Source of the DNA: Candidatus Lustribacter sp.
GTDB lineage: Bacteria; Vulcanimicrobiota; Vulcanimicrobiia; Vulcanimicrobiales; Vulcanimicrobiaceae
DNA length: 64,000 bases
Reading direction: 5' to 3'
NCBI GenBank assembly: GCA_965277805.1
Contig: OZ255842.1
Span: 3,424,001 to 3,488,000, forward strand
The position numbers were made by a program, and so were the translations under genes. This document shows positions 28,056-38,100 of this stretch, one piece after another (the first letter of the stretch is position 1; every line of letters begins with the position of its first letter). The notes beneath the pieces were generated by a model. The model saw nothing but the letters and a program-made list of their open reading frames with translations, was not told where the DNA came from and did not search any database.

Positions 28056-29240
28056 ATGAGAGTGTCTGATTTCCGCGCGCTATCGGCGGCCTTGCTCGCT
28101 GCCCTGATCGGCACCGCGCCCGCACAAGCGCAGCCCGCGCCGATCACCATCGACGTCGTCTTACCGCTGACGGGCCCATCCGCGTTCGTGGGGCAGGCGC
28201 TCGCCCAAACGGTCGCCGCCTTTGAGAAGTACGCCAACGCGCATGGGGGCGTGCACGGCCAGCCGATTCACTTTTCCATCAGCGACGATCAAACGAGTCC
28301 CCAAGTCGCGCTGCAATTGGCAAACGCCGCAATCGCGCGGCACGTTCCGGTAATCCTCGGTTCCGGCGTTACGGCGACGTGCGCCTCGATCGGCGCCGCC
28401 GTCGCCGCGAACGGGCCGGTGGAGTTCTGCGGGTCGCCCGGCTACTCGCCGCCGCCGAACTCGTACGCGTTTGCCAGCACGACCACGATTGCCAGCTCCG
28501 CGCACGCGCAGCTCACCTACGCCAAACTGCGCAACTTTCGCCGCATCGCATTTCTGCTCTCGACCGACGCCACCGGCATCGCGTCGGCGGCGGTCTACGC
28601 CGCCGCGCTCAAGCAGCCCGATCTACGTGACATCGAGCTGGTCGCCGACGAGCGGCTCAGCAATTCGGACATCTCCGCCGCCGCCCAGATGGCGAAGATC
28701 AAGGCGGCGAAGCCGGACGTTCTCTACACGTCCACGACCGGAACATTGTTCTCAACCGTCATGCGCGGGATGAGCGATGCCGGCCTGAGCATCCCCGTCA
28801 TCACCACGACGGCCAACGCCAACCTGCCGCAACTGAAATCGCTGTCGGACGTGCTGCCGCACGAGGTCTTCTTCAACGGCTTCGCCCTGCGCCTCGGCGA
28901 TCAGCTGCGCGACAAAACCATTCGCGACCAGATCGCCGCGTTCACCGATGCCTTCAAACAAATCGGCGTCGTCCCGACCGATACGAACGGGCTGAATTGG
29001 GACGAACTCCAGCTCACGCTGGCCGGGTTCCGGCAGTTCGGTCCCACCATGACGGCCGAGCAACTCAAAACGTTCGTCCTCGGTCAAAGACACTTCGCCG
29101 GGATGAACGGCTACTATAATTTTTCGAGCGGCGATCAGCACGGTCTCGGGCCGGACGCGGTCGTCGTGATTGCCTACGATAAGGACAAAGGCGATTTTGC
29201 GCCGGCGAGCCAGCCTGGCGGAATTCCGCTCAAACGCTAG
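28056..29240 (+). CDS. branched-chain amino acid type (LivK-like) substrate-binding protein
   Basis: Signal peptide ending AQA; LPLTGPSAFVG, GGVHGQPI, DDQTSPQ. Confidence 0.9.
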   Translation: MRVSDFRALSAALLAALIGTAPAQAQPAPITIDVVLPLTGPSAFVGQALAQTVAAFEKYANAHGGVHGQPIHFSISDDQTSPQVALQLANAAIARHVPVILGSGVTATCASIGAAVAANGPVEFCGSPGYSPPPNSYAFASTTTIASSAHAQLTYAKLRNFRRIAFLLSTDATGIASAAVYAAALKQPDLRDIELVADERLSNSDISAAAQMAKIKAAKPDVLYTSTTGTLFSTVMRGMSDAGLSIPVITTTANANLPQLKSLSDVLPHEVFFNGFALRLGDQLRDKTIRDQIAAFTDAFKQIGVVPTDTNGLNWDELQLTLAGFRQFGPTMTAEQLKTFVLGQRHFAGMNGYYNFSSGDQHGLGPDAVVVIAYDKDKGDFAPASQPGGIPLKR

Positions 29241-29973
29241 CGAGTTTCGGAAACACCGCGCGGCAGATCAGTTCCGACGCGCCGGCGATCAGCAGTTCGG
29301 GCGCGCAATCGCGGCGATCGTACACGAGCTGCTTCACGACGCCGGCCGTCATGCAACTGATGCCGTTTGCCAGCACCGCTGCATCGCCGACATCAGCAAT
29401 GCCGGCCTCGTCGAGCCGCGTGAGGTAGGCGACGAGGCTGCGCAACACCGTCTCGCGGTTGGCGCGCGCCTGCTTCGCGCGCTCGGCGCCGACCTTCTCT
29501 CCCGAGAGCATCACGCGCTGAATGCCCGGCCGCTGCACGATCGCGCGCAACAGCGATTCAACCCAGGACGCCAAGCGCGCGCGTTCGCGCGGCGCCGAGA
29601 CGAGCGGCTCGTCGGCGCTGAGCGGCACCTCGAGCAGCTGATCGTACACGGATCCCACCGCCGCGCTGAGGACGGCGGCGCGCCCGGCGAAGTGCCGGTA
29701 GAACGTCGCGCGCGAAACGCGAGCCGAGCGAACGAGCACGTCGATCGTCACGTGCGAAACGTCGCGCTTGTCGAGCAAGTTGAGCGCGGCTGCGATGATG
29801 CGCGCGCGCACGTCGTCGCGCGAGCGCCGGCGCACCGCCGCAACCCCGTTTCCTTTCACGCGCCCTAGATACGTCCAGCGCTGCTTCACGCGCTTGGTCT
29901 TGGGGTCACGGAAGCCTTCGACGTGGTATCGGTACTCGCGGCCCGCGATCAGTTTCGTTACCTGATATGCCAT
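29230..29973 (-). CDS. TetR/AcrR family regulator with an extra N-terminal domain
   Basis: RARIIAAALNLL...VTIDVLVRSARVSRATFYRHF preceded by about 40 basic/aromatic residues. Confidence 0.85.
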   Translation of the reverse strand: MAYQVTKLIAGREYRYHVEGFRDPKTKRVKQRWTYLGRVKGNGVAAVRRRSRDDVRARIIAAALNLLDKRDVSHVTIDVLVRSARVSRATFYRHFAGRAAVLSAAVGSVYDQLLEVPLSADEPLVSAPRERARLASWVESLLRAIVQRPGIQRVMLSGEKVGAERAKQARANRETVLRSLVAYLTRLDEAGIADVGDAAVLANGISCMTAGVVKQLVYDRRDCAPELLIAGASELICRAVFPKLASV

Positions 29974-29993
29974 GGGGAAGAACCGCCCGCAGT

Positions 29994-30026
29994 TGGTAAG
30001 GTGGGTTTATCGTGTCTACTTTACCA
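29994..30026. promoter_or_regulatory. inverted repeat, probable TetR operator
   Basis: tggtaaggtgg-N11-ctactttacca (9/11 Watson-Crick) in the 57-nt gap between the divergent TetR and MFS starts. Confidence 0.55.
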
Positions 30027-30030
30027 CAAC

Positions 30031-31575
30031 ATGGCCGTCGCTAGCCCGCGGCGCTATGACGTATCGGAAACCGGCCTCCGGCGAATCCTGATTGTCCTGG
30101 GCGTGATGGCCGCGTCGATGCTGCAGAGCCTCGACTCGACGATCACCAACGTTGCGCTCCCCACGATCCAAGGCAACCTGGGCGCGAGCCAGGACGAAGC
30201 GACCTGGGTGATCACGGCGTACGTCATCTCCGCGATCGTCGTCATCCCGCTCACGCCGTGGCTGCAGAACCGCTTCGGCCGCAAGAACTACTTCGTCGCG
30301 TCGATCGCCGGCTTCACGCTCGCATCGGTCGCGTGCGGCTCGTCGGAATCGCTGACGTTCCTCATCATCTCACGCGCCGTCCAGGGCGCGTTCGGCGGCG
30401 GCTTGGTCGCGACGGGTCAATCGATCTTGCGCGATACGTTTCCACCGGAACAGCTCGGCACGAGTCAGGGCCTCTACGCGATCGGCGCAATCATGGGACC
30501 GGCGCTCGGTCCACCGCTCGGCGGCTACCTGGTCGATAACTGGTCGTGGAACTGGTGTTTCGACATCAATATCGTGCCGGGTATTTTTGCTGCGCTCGTG
30601 ATGCTCGCGCTGTTACGCGATCCCGAGCGCAGCAAGCCGACCGCGGTCGACTTCCCGGGCCTGGGCCTTCTGGCGATCGCGCTCGGATCGATGCAATTCG
30701 TGCTCACCGAAGGCGAGCAGCACTACTGGCTCGAGGATTCGACGATTCTCCTCATGACGGCCGTTTGCGCGATCAGCCTGGCGGCGTTCGCGTACCACGA
30801 ACTGTTCCGTACGCGTTTCCCGGTCGTCGACTTGCGCATCTTGCGCAATCACAGCGTGTGGGCCGGATCGCTGCTCGCCCTATCGCTCGGCGTCTCAGCC
30901 TTGGGCTCGAGCTACGTCCTGCCCCAGTTCAACCAAGGGCCGCTGGGGTTCACGCCGCAGCTGAGCGGTTTGCTCTTTCTGCTACGCGCCGTACCGATCG
31001 GATTTTGTACGCCGCTGATCGTCCGCGTTGCCGGCAAGGTCGATCCGCGCTTTATGCTCGGCTTCGGCTTCTGCCTGATCGCTTTTGCAAACTACATGCA
31101 AGCGTCGATCATGACCGCGCAAGCCTCGTTTTGGACGTTCGCGATACCGCTCGTGCTCTCGGGCCTCGGCTCGGTGACGCTCTACATCCCGATGACGATC
31201 GCCGTGCTCGGCTCGACGACGCCGCAAGACGGGCCGAAGGCCTCGGCGTTCATCAACCTCTCGCTGCAACTCGGCGGCTCGATCTCGGTCGCAATGCTCG
31301 ACGTGTTCATTCACCAGCGCGAGGAGTTCCACTCGACGATCATCGGCGGCACGCTGACGCAAGCGAACGTCACGGTGCGCGACTTCCTGGCCACCCACTC
31401 TCCGCTCACGCTCGCGAACCTCGCGTATACGCAGTCGACGATCCTGTCCTATGCCGACGCGTCGATGGCGATCGGAACGGTCGCCGTCGTGTGTCTGCCG
31501 CTGATCTTCTTGATGCGCCGGCGGCGGAACGCAGGTCCGCCGCCGAAGGTCGATATCGACGTCGAGCTGGCCTAA
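30031..31575 (+). CDS. DHA2 (EmrB/QacA) MFS efflux permease
   Basis: LDSTITNVALP, WVITAY, RAVQG, GPALGPPLGG, QLGGS. Confidence 0.93.
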   Translation: MAVASPRRYDVSETGLRRILIVLGVMAASMLQSLDSTITNVALPTIQGNLGASQDEATWVITAYVISAIVVIPLTPWLQNRFGRKNYFVASIAGFTLASVACGSSESLTFLIISRAVQGAFGGGLVATGQSILRDTFPPEQLGTSQGLYAIGAIMGPALGPPLGGYLVDNWSWNWCFDINIVPGIFAALVMLALLRDPERSKPTAVDFPGLGLLAIALGSMQFVLTEGEQHYWLEDSTILLMTAVCAISLAAFAYHELFRTRFPVVDLRILRNHSVWAGSLLALSLGVSALGSSYVLPQFNQGPLGFTPQLSGLLFLLRAVPIGFCTPLIVRVAGKVDPRFMLGFGFCLIAFANYMQASIMTAQASFWTFAIPLVLSGLGSVTLYIPMTIAVLGSTTPQDGPKASAFINLSLQLGGSISVAMLDVFIHQREEFHSTIIGGTLTQANVTVRDFLATHSPLTLANLAYTQSTILSYADASMAIGTVAVVCLPLIFLMRRRRNAGPPPKVDIDVELA

Positions 31576-31578
31576 GCC

Positions 31579-32511
31579 TCAGACGATCTTGTTTTCGAGC
31601 GTACCGATCGACGGCGACGAGATCGCGACCGTATCGCCCTTCTTCAGGAACAGGTCACGCGGGCGCGTGCCGTCGGCCGCGGGCTTGGTGCTGTCTTGCG
31701 CCGTGCCGGCGCCGGTTCCGCCGAGGATGACGTCGCCCGGAACGAAGGTGAAATCGACCGACAGAAACTCGAGGTACTCCGCAAACGAGAACACCATGCT
31801 CTTGCTGTTGTAACTCTGACGCACCGCGCCGTTAACGCGCGTTTCGAGCTGCACGTTTTGCGGATCGACGCCGTCGATCGCGATGCTCGGTCCGATCGAG
31901 AGCGAGAAATCGAAGTTCTTCTGCAAGTTGAAGCTCATCGCGCGCTGCGCGGCGCCGTGGTCGCGATTGCTCCAATCGTTCGCCAGCGTCACGCCCCATA
32001 CGTAGTCGTTGAGCTGAGCGGCCGGAATGTTCTTACCGCGCTTGCCGATGACGATCGCCACTTCGCCCTCGTAGTCGAAGTAGTCGGCGCGCGTCGGATA
32101 GGGGACCTCGGTTCCCGGTCCCGCGGCTTCATCGAGAACCTTCCAGAAACCCCAGTTTCCGGAGGCGCGGATTTGCCCCGCCATCTTCTCAAGCGTGATG
32201 TCTTTCGTTCCGCGATTGACCGCCATGCCGTACGAATGCTCGGCGTAGTTTCCGCCCGCACACGCAACGCGTTTTCCCGCCCACGGTGCGTGCAGCTGCA
32301 CGCCGGCAGCCGCCAGCACCTTCGTGCCGTCGACCGCAGCCCCGCGTACTTGCGCCACCGCTTTGGCAATGCGGCCTTTGCCGTCAGCACCGAGTTCGAT
32401 CAGCGGCAGCAGCGCCGCCGGCAGCTCAGCATCCGTGGCGTTGAGGTCGACGATGCGTTCCCCATCCAAAACGCCGGCACGGCGCGCGGGTCCGAAAACA
32501 ACAATATTCAT
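31579..32511 (-). CDS. fumarylacetoacetate hydrolase family protein
   Basis: GGNYAEH, DYEGEVAIVIGK, GVTLANDWS, KNFD, PGDVILGGT. Confidence 0.92.
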   Translation of the reverse strand: MNIVVFGPARRAGVLDGERIVDLNATDAELPAALLPLIELGADGKGRIAKAVAQVRGAAVDGTKVLAAAGVQLHAPWAGKRVACAGGNYAEHSYGMAVNRGTKDITLEKMAGQIRASGNWGFWKVLDEAAGPGTEVPYPTRADYFDYEGEVAIVIGKRGKNIPAAQLNDYVWGVTLANDWSNRDHGAAQRAMSFNLQKNFDFSLSIGPSIAIDGVDPQNVQLETRVNGAVRQSYNSKSMVFSFAEYLEFLSVDFTFVPGDVILGGTGAGTAQDSTKPAADGTRPRDLFLKKGDTVAISSPSIGTLENKIV

Positions 32512-32553
32512 GCCGCCGCTTTCTCCCATCCACTTGCGGGGCCTTTTAGAGCG

Positions 32554-33612
32554 TTAGTCGGCGAGCGCGCCGATCGTGTGGTAGTGATGCTGCCCGGTCC
32601 GCGACGGAAAGCCGCCGCGTACGGCACCGCCGCGTTGATCGCGATAGATGGTCGAGAACTGCGGGCTCAGCGTGCGGCTGTTCGGCACCGAGAGCCACAT
32701 GCGTAAGAGATGCCGCCGCCGGTCTTCCTCAGGATAATCCTCGAATGACCGCCGCGAGTGAAAGCACGTGTGATTGCAGAGCAGCTGAATGTCGCCCGGT
32801 TCGAACGACATCGACAGATGCACGTCGTCACGCCACGCGAGCTCATCGATGAGATCCATCGCTTCGATCTGACGTTGGGTCAAACGCGGCGCGTCACCGA
32901 AGCGCTGGCTGTTCTTCACGTGATTGCGAATGTAGCGACAGGCGAACTTACCGTCGTAGAAGCTGAAGAGCGGCTGCAGGTACCAGCCGGGTTCGCCCGC
33001 TGCCTCTTGCCCCTGCCAACTCCACGGAAAGGGCTCGTACAGCACGTCGAGCAGATCGGGCCGCTGCTCGGCGATCCGGTTGTGGACGTACAGCGAACTG
33101 GCAATCATGCTCGTCCCGCCGCTCATCGCCGTCCGCAGCACCATGAGCCCGACCACGTCGGCGGAATCGGTGTGAAACGACAACTGCTGTTTGCTCTTAT
33201 AGCCGCGGCCTTCGGCGCTACCGACGTCGACCCCGAAATTGCGGACGTCGCCGAGCAAATCGCCGTCTTTGCTTTGCGAAACCGCAGTGCCGAGGTGACG
33301 CCCGATGCCCCAATAGATCAAACGCAGGTCGTCTTTACTGTAGGGTGCCGTCGGCAAACCGCGCAAGACGTAAATGCCGCGCTGATTTTCGATGAACTCG
33401 CGCGCGAACGCGAGCCGTTCGCCGAATGACTGCAGCGGAAATGTCTCACGCGTGAGCGTGTCCAGCGTGGCACCCGCCTCGCGGGCAGTCCGGAACGCAC
33501 GATCGACATCGGCCACGTCGGCAGCGGTCAGGTGATACACCCAGTCGGTGCTTTCGGCTAATTCCGGACCCCGCCAATCAGCGGGCGAATCGATCGAACG
33601 GCGAGTCTGCAC
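32554..33612 (-). CDS. TauD/TfdA family Fe(II)/2-oxoglutarate dioxygenase
   Basis: FHTDSAD (HxD), GGTSMIAS, NHTCFHSR, RHLLRMWL; AAGGAGG RBS before GTG 33612. Confidence 0.92.
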   Translation of the reverse strand: MQTRRSIDSPADWRGPELAESTDWVYHLTAADVADVDRAFRTAREAGATLDTLTRETFPLQSFGERLAFAREFIENQRGIYVLRGLPTAPYSKDDLRLIYWGIGRHLGTAVSQSKDGDLLGDVRNFGVDVGSAEGRGYKSKQQLSFHTDSADVVGLMVLRTAMSGGTSMIASSLYVHNRIAEQRPDLLDVLYEPFPWSWQGQEAAGEPGWYLQPLFSFYDGKFACRYIRNHVKNSQRFGDAPRLTQRQIEAMDLIDELAWRDDVHLSMSFEPGDIQLLCNHTCFHSRRSFEDYPEEDRRRHLLRMWLSVPNSRTLSPQFSTIYRDQRGGAVRGGFPSRTGQHHYHTIGALAD

Positions 33613-33665
33613 AGAGACCCTCCTTCCGAGCGGCAACTGCCATTCCCGTCTCGAAGGCTGCGGCG

Positions 33666-34631
33666 ATGCGACGAATCGATTTCTGCCGGCGAGCCGGTAC
33701 CGCACTTGTTGCCGGCGTGGCCGGTGATCCGGCGAGCGTGCTTGCTCAGACAGCCTTGCAGCCGCTGCGGATCGTCACCGCGCCGACCGAGATCCCGATC
33801 AGCATGATCAACGCGCACGATCTGGGTTACTTCAAGGACGCCGGCATCGACGCGCAGATCATCTCGCTCAGCAATGGTCCGGCCGGCATCGCCGCGGTCC
33901 TGTCGGGTTCGGCCGACATCGGCTTCGCGAGTTCGCTCTCGCTCGTGATCGCTTACGACAAAGGCCTGCCCGTGACGCTGGTCATGGGCACTGACCTCCA
34001 CAGCGCAACGAATCCGGTCCAGGGCATTTTTTTGGCCGCCGCGTCCTCGCCGCTGCGCACAGGCAAAGACTTCAACGGCAAGACCATCAGCGTCCCGGGG
34101 CTCGGGGGTACGCAGAACTACGCCGTCCGGTCGTGGGTCGACGCCGGCGGCGGCGATTCGTCGACATTGCGCTTCGTTGAGATTCCCAACTCCTCGGTAC
34201 CGGCAGCGATCACTACCGGGCGTATCGACGCGGGCACGACCGACGCGCTAACGCTGCACTCAACCGAATCGCGCGCGCTGCGCGAAGTTGCCAACGTGTA
34301 CAATGCGATCGCACCGAAATTCCTCACCGGCGTCTGGTATGCGACGGCGCCGTGGGTCGAACAACATCGCGAACTCACGCAAACGTTCATCAAGGTGTTT
34401 CAGCGCTACTCGGCTTGGGCCAATAGCCACCCCGCCGACGAGGTCCGTTTCTATTCGAAACAAAGCGGCCTCTCGATCGACGATCTGCAAGCGACGCCGC
34501 GGGCCGTGTTCGCGCCCACCTTAACGCTCGAATCACTGCAGCCGGTCATCGACGTTGCCTTCCGCTACGGCGCGATCAAGCGCCGGTTTCCGGCCAACGA
34601 CTTACTGAGCCCCGCATCGCGCGCGAGATGA
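33666..34631 (+). CDS. NitT/TauT (SsuA/NMT1-like) substrate-binding protein, Tat-like leader
   Basis: MRRIDFCRR leader; GYFKDAGID, AAVLSGSADIG, DFNGKTISV, FVEIP. Confidence 0.9.
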   Translation: MRRIDFCRRAGTALVAGVAGDPASVLAQTALQPLRIVTAPTEIPISMINAHDLGYFKDAGIDAQIISLSNGPAGIAAVLSGSADIGFASSLSLVIAYDKGLPVTLVMGTDLHSATNPVQGIFLAAASSPLRTGKDFNGKTISVPGLGGTQNYAVRSWVDAGGGDSSTLRFVEIPNSSVPAAITTGRIDAGTTDALTLHSTESRALREVANVYNAIAPKFLTGVWYATAPWVEQHRELTQTFIKVFQRYSAWANSHPADEVRFYSKQSGLSIDDLQATPRAVFAPTLTLESLQPVIDVAFRYGAIKRRFPANDLLSPASRAR

Positions 34632-34660
34632 CAATGCGGCACCTAGGCGAAGCAGTGAAA

Positions 34661-35173
34661 ATGCGATATTTTACGGCATTTTTGGTCTTTTGCGCGGCGC
34701 TGACGCAAGCCGCGACAGCTCAAACCCCTCCGCCCCAGAACGGCGGTCAAATCGCGATTACCGGCTGGCGCGTCGAGTGCGATTCGCAAGCCGCGGGCTT
34801 GAATTGCCGCGTCACGGATCAAGCAGCGCAACAGAGCACGAACGTCGTCGTTGCCGGACTCGGCGTCACGCTGGCCGCCGATACGAAGAAGCCCGTCCTG
34901 ACGATTCAAGTTCCGCTGCAGCTGGCGGTCTCCGATCCGATCACCGTGAGCAGCGATAACATGTCGGAACCGTTTCCCGCGCTGACGTGCGACCGCCCCG
35001 GTTGTTTTGCGCGCGCGCCGATCACCGACGGCTTGCTCGAGAAAATGCGTACGAGCAAACAGCCCCTGAAGATCGCCTACAACCTGATCAATCCCACCAC
35101 GCTGGCGAAACAAACGATCACGGTGTCGCTGCCGCTCGACGGCTTCGCCGCCTCGCTCGACAAAATCAAGTAA
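34661..35173 (+). CDS. ialB: invasion-associated locus B (IalB) family protein
   Basis: Signal peptide; GWRVEC...CRV, VPLQL, TCDRPGCFA, LLEKMR, LPLDGFAASLDKI. The start could instead be 34628 (ATGA overlap). Confidence 0.8.
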   Translation: MRYFTAFLVFCAALTQAATAQTPPPQNGGQIAITGWRVECDSQAAGLNCRVTDQAAQQSTNVVVAGLGVTLAADTKKPVLTIQVPLQLAVSDPITVSSDNMSEPFPALTCDRPGCFARAPITDGLLEKMRTSKQPLKIAYNLINPTTLAKQTITVSLPLDGFAASLDKIK

Positions 35174-35175
35174 GC

Positions 35176-38100
35176 TTAGAAGCGCTGTTCCAGGTTGATT
35201 GAGGCCGTGAGGCCTTGCGAGCGCCCGGACACACGGTAGTCGCCGCTCAGGCGAACGTTCATCTGTCCGGGACGCTGGTTGGTCGACAGCGACGGCGCGA
35301 CGTCGAAGGCGGTTTTGTCGAACTTCGACGGCAGCTCGAAGTTCTGCACGCCCGCCGGAGCGCCGATCAGCGATCCGGCGACGGTCGTCTGCGGGTTGCC
35401 CAGCGACTGCGTCATCCCCAGGCGCAGCGACGGCGTGAAGCCGGTGTTGCCGATGCCGGCCCGCGGATCGATGTTGATGCCGGCCTGACCCGCGGTGAAC
35501 GTATCGCCGTGGCCGGCGAGATTTGCGGTTAGGAAGCCGGCGTTGCCGTGTTCCAGATCGTTCATCACATTGATGCGCGTCGCGCTGAGGTCAACGTACG
35601 GCGTGAATGCGGTCGTCGAGCGGTCGTACTCGTGCGCTAACCGCAGATGCGTGCCGATCACGCTCGACTGGAGCCGGCCCAGCGAGACGATCGACGGATC
35701 TGGATAGTTCACGTTGCGCTGCGTACTGTCGTCTTCCCAGCCGTAGGTAACGCCGGCGTTCACCGAGGTGCCGTGCGCCGTGCGGTGTCCGACGAACAAG
35801 CCGCCTTGCAGCAGATCGCCCGACGCCGACGCGACGCCGCCGTTGAGCGTCATCGAGTGCTGTTCGTACTGGATGCCGCCGCCCAGCGACCAGCCGCGGC
35901 CGATCGCCTGTTCGGAACCATAGTTGAACCCGGCCCCGAGCGATCCGACGCCGACGGTATTTGCCGTGACGGATTGGTTGAGCGCGAAGCTATCGAGGCT
36001 GCCCCATTCACACGAGCTCGCGATGTATCCGCAGCTCATCATTCTGTTGGCGAACTGCTGGCTCGAGGTCAGCGTGGTGAATTCGATCGGCGCGAGCGAT
36101 CCGGGACTGATGTGCGAGTACAAGTTCGCCAGCGTCGCACCGTCGGGGATCGCGAAGATCGAGGAGATCAAGTTACCGAACGCGGTGTTGCTGCCGGCGT
36201 TCTGGATGGCGGCAAGATAGTTGCCGAACATCGAGCGGGAGTAGCCGAGCGAGTCGCCGTCGAGGCCGAAGTTCGGCGAGTAGTTGATCGTCCACGTCAG
36301 GCGCAGATCGGTGTTGTTCACGGTGCTGAGCGCGTAGGTTGCGATCGCCGACACCGGCGCGTTCAGAACCACGTTCGGCGCGGTGAGGCCGCCTTGCGCC
36401 GTGACGATATCAAACTTGTACGTGCCCGGCAGCGCGGTCGGAATGTTCAGCAGCGTCAAGTCGATGTTGCCGCCGATTGAGGCGACCGCGTTCAGGTTGA
36501 GCTGGTCGGCGATCTTGTGGCTGAGGTCGAGATCGACGAGGCTGTCGCCGCCGAATTGCACGAAGCTGCCGGTCAGCGTCGTCACGCCGACGTTGCTCGT
36601 GCCGCCGACCGAGAACTGACCGAGGTTCGTGAACGTGCCGGTGCCCAGACCCAAGGTCGTGCCGGCAACGTAGCCCTTTGTGTTGGTGAGATCGCTCTTG
36701 CCCGTCCCGAGCGCGAGCGAACCGACGAGATAGCCGTTGTTCTGGATCGTGTTGTTGCCGTCGGTATCGGAGACGGCGGTGCCGTTCAGTCCGTCGGAGG
36801 TCATGATCGTGCCGTCGTTGATCAGCATGTTGTTCGCGCCGCCGACGAGCCGCACACCGACCGCACCCGGGCCGGCTTGAATCGTCGTGCCGTCGGTGAT
36901 CGTCACCGTGACGTTGCCGCTGTTGCTGGTTGCACTCGCGTCTTGCGGCGTTACCGTCGTGTTGTTGATGCCCACGCGCGAGCCTTGCACGGTGCGCACG
37001 TTGGTCGCGACCGATTGCGTGGCGGCGACCGTACCGCCGGTGCTCTGCGCGACGACGCCGTCCGAACCGGTGCCGAGCGCGACGACCGAACCGATCACGG
37101 TGACGTTGACGTTGCCGCCCTTGCCCTGACCGCCGACCGATTGCGCGAAGATGCCGTCGGCGTTCGCACCGCTCGTCGTGATGTTTCCGGTCTCGACGAC
37201 GTTCACGTCGCCGCCGGCGCCCGCCGCACCGGCGCTGCCCGCGAGTGCCAGCGCAGCAACTGCGGACGTCGCGGTCAAACTGTTGCCGCTGCTGCCCGCT
37301 ACGCCGCCGCCTCCGCCGATCGATTGCGCAAAGATGCCTTCCGCGCCCGCGCCCGCGGTAACGATGTCGCCGGTGTTGTTGACCGTGACTTTGCCGCCGT
37401 TGCCGCCGCCGCCGCCGGTGTTGCCGACCGCGATGCCCGAACCGAGGTCGAGCTTGCCGAGACCGCGATTGATGTTGCCGGCCGCACCGCCGCCGCCGCC
37501 GATCGATTGCGCAAACACGCCGTAGCCTGCGGCGCCGCCGGTCGTGATCATGCCGGTGTTCGTCACGGCCACGTCGCCGCCGTTGCCGGACGAGCCGCCG
37601 CTGCCGCCGATACCGATGCCGCCCTTGACGCCGGTCGAACCGGCACCGCCGACACCGCCGCCGCCGCCGACCGACTGCGCGAAGATCGCTTGCGCACCGT
37701 CGCCGGTCGCGAAGAGCGCACCGCTGTTGGTCACGTTGACGTCGGCGCCGTTACCGCTGCTGCCGCCGCTGCCGCCGACGTTGAGCTGCAAGTTCTGATA
37801 CACGCTCTGCTGTACGGATTGCGTTGCCGGCGCGGGCGTCGTTGCAGCTTCCGTTTGCGCACCGCCGACCGTTTGTTCGCTGCGGCGCGAACCATCCGAC
37901 GACGGCACACTGACGCCCGTGATGCCCACGAGCGCGTTGAGTGCCGGGCCGATCAAACCGTTGTTGCCGTCGCCACCGGTGCCGCCGCCGCCACCGACCG
38001 ATTGCGCGAAGATGTCGGCCGCGTCGCCGCCGCTCGTCGAGATCTGGCCGCCGTTGGTGACGGTGACCGCGCCGCCGTTGCTCGCGCCGGCACCGCTGCC

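Noticed and set aside
29230-29973. Insertion sequence at the TetR locus
   Set aside because: Only about 40 aa resemble a transposase N-terminus; no catalytic domain, terminal inverted repeats or target duplication seen.
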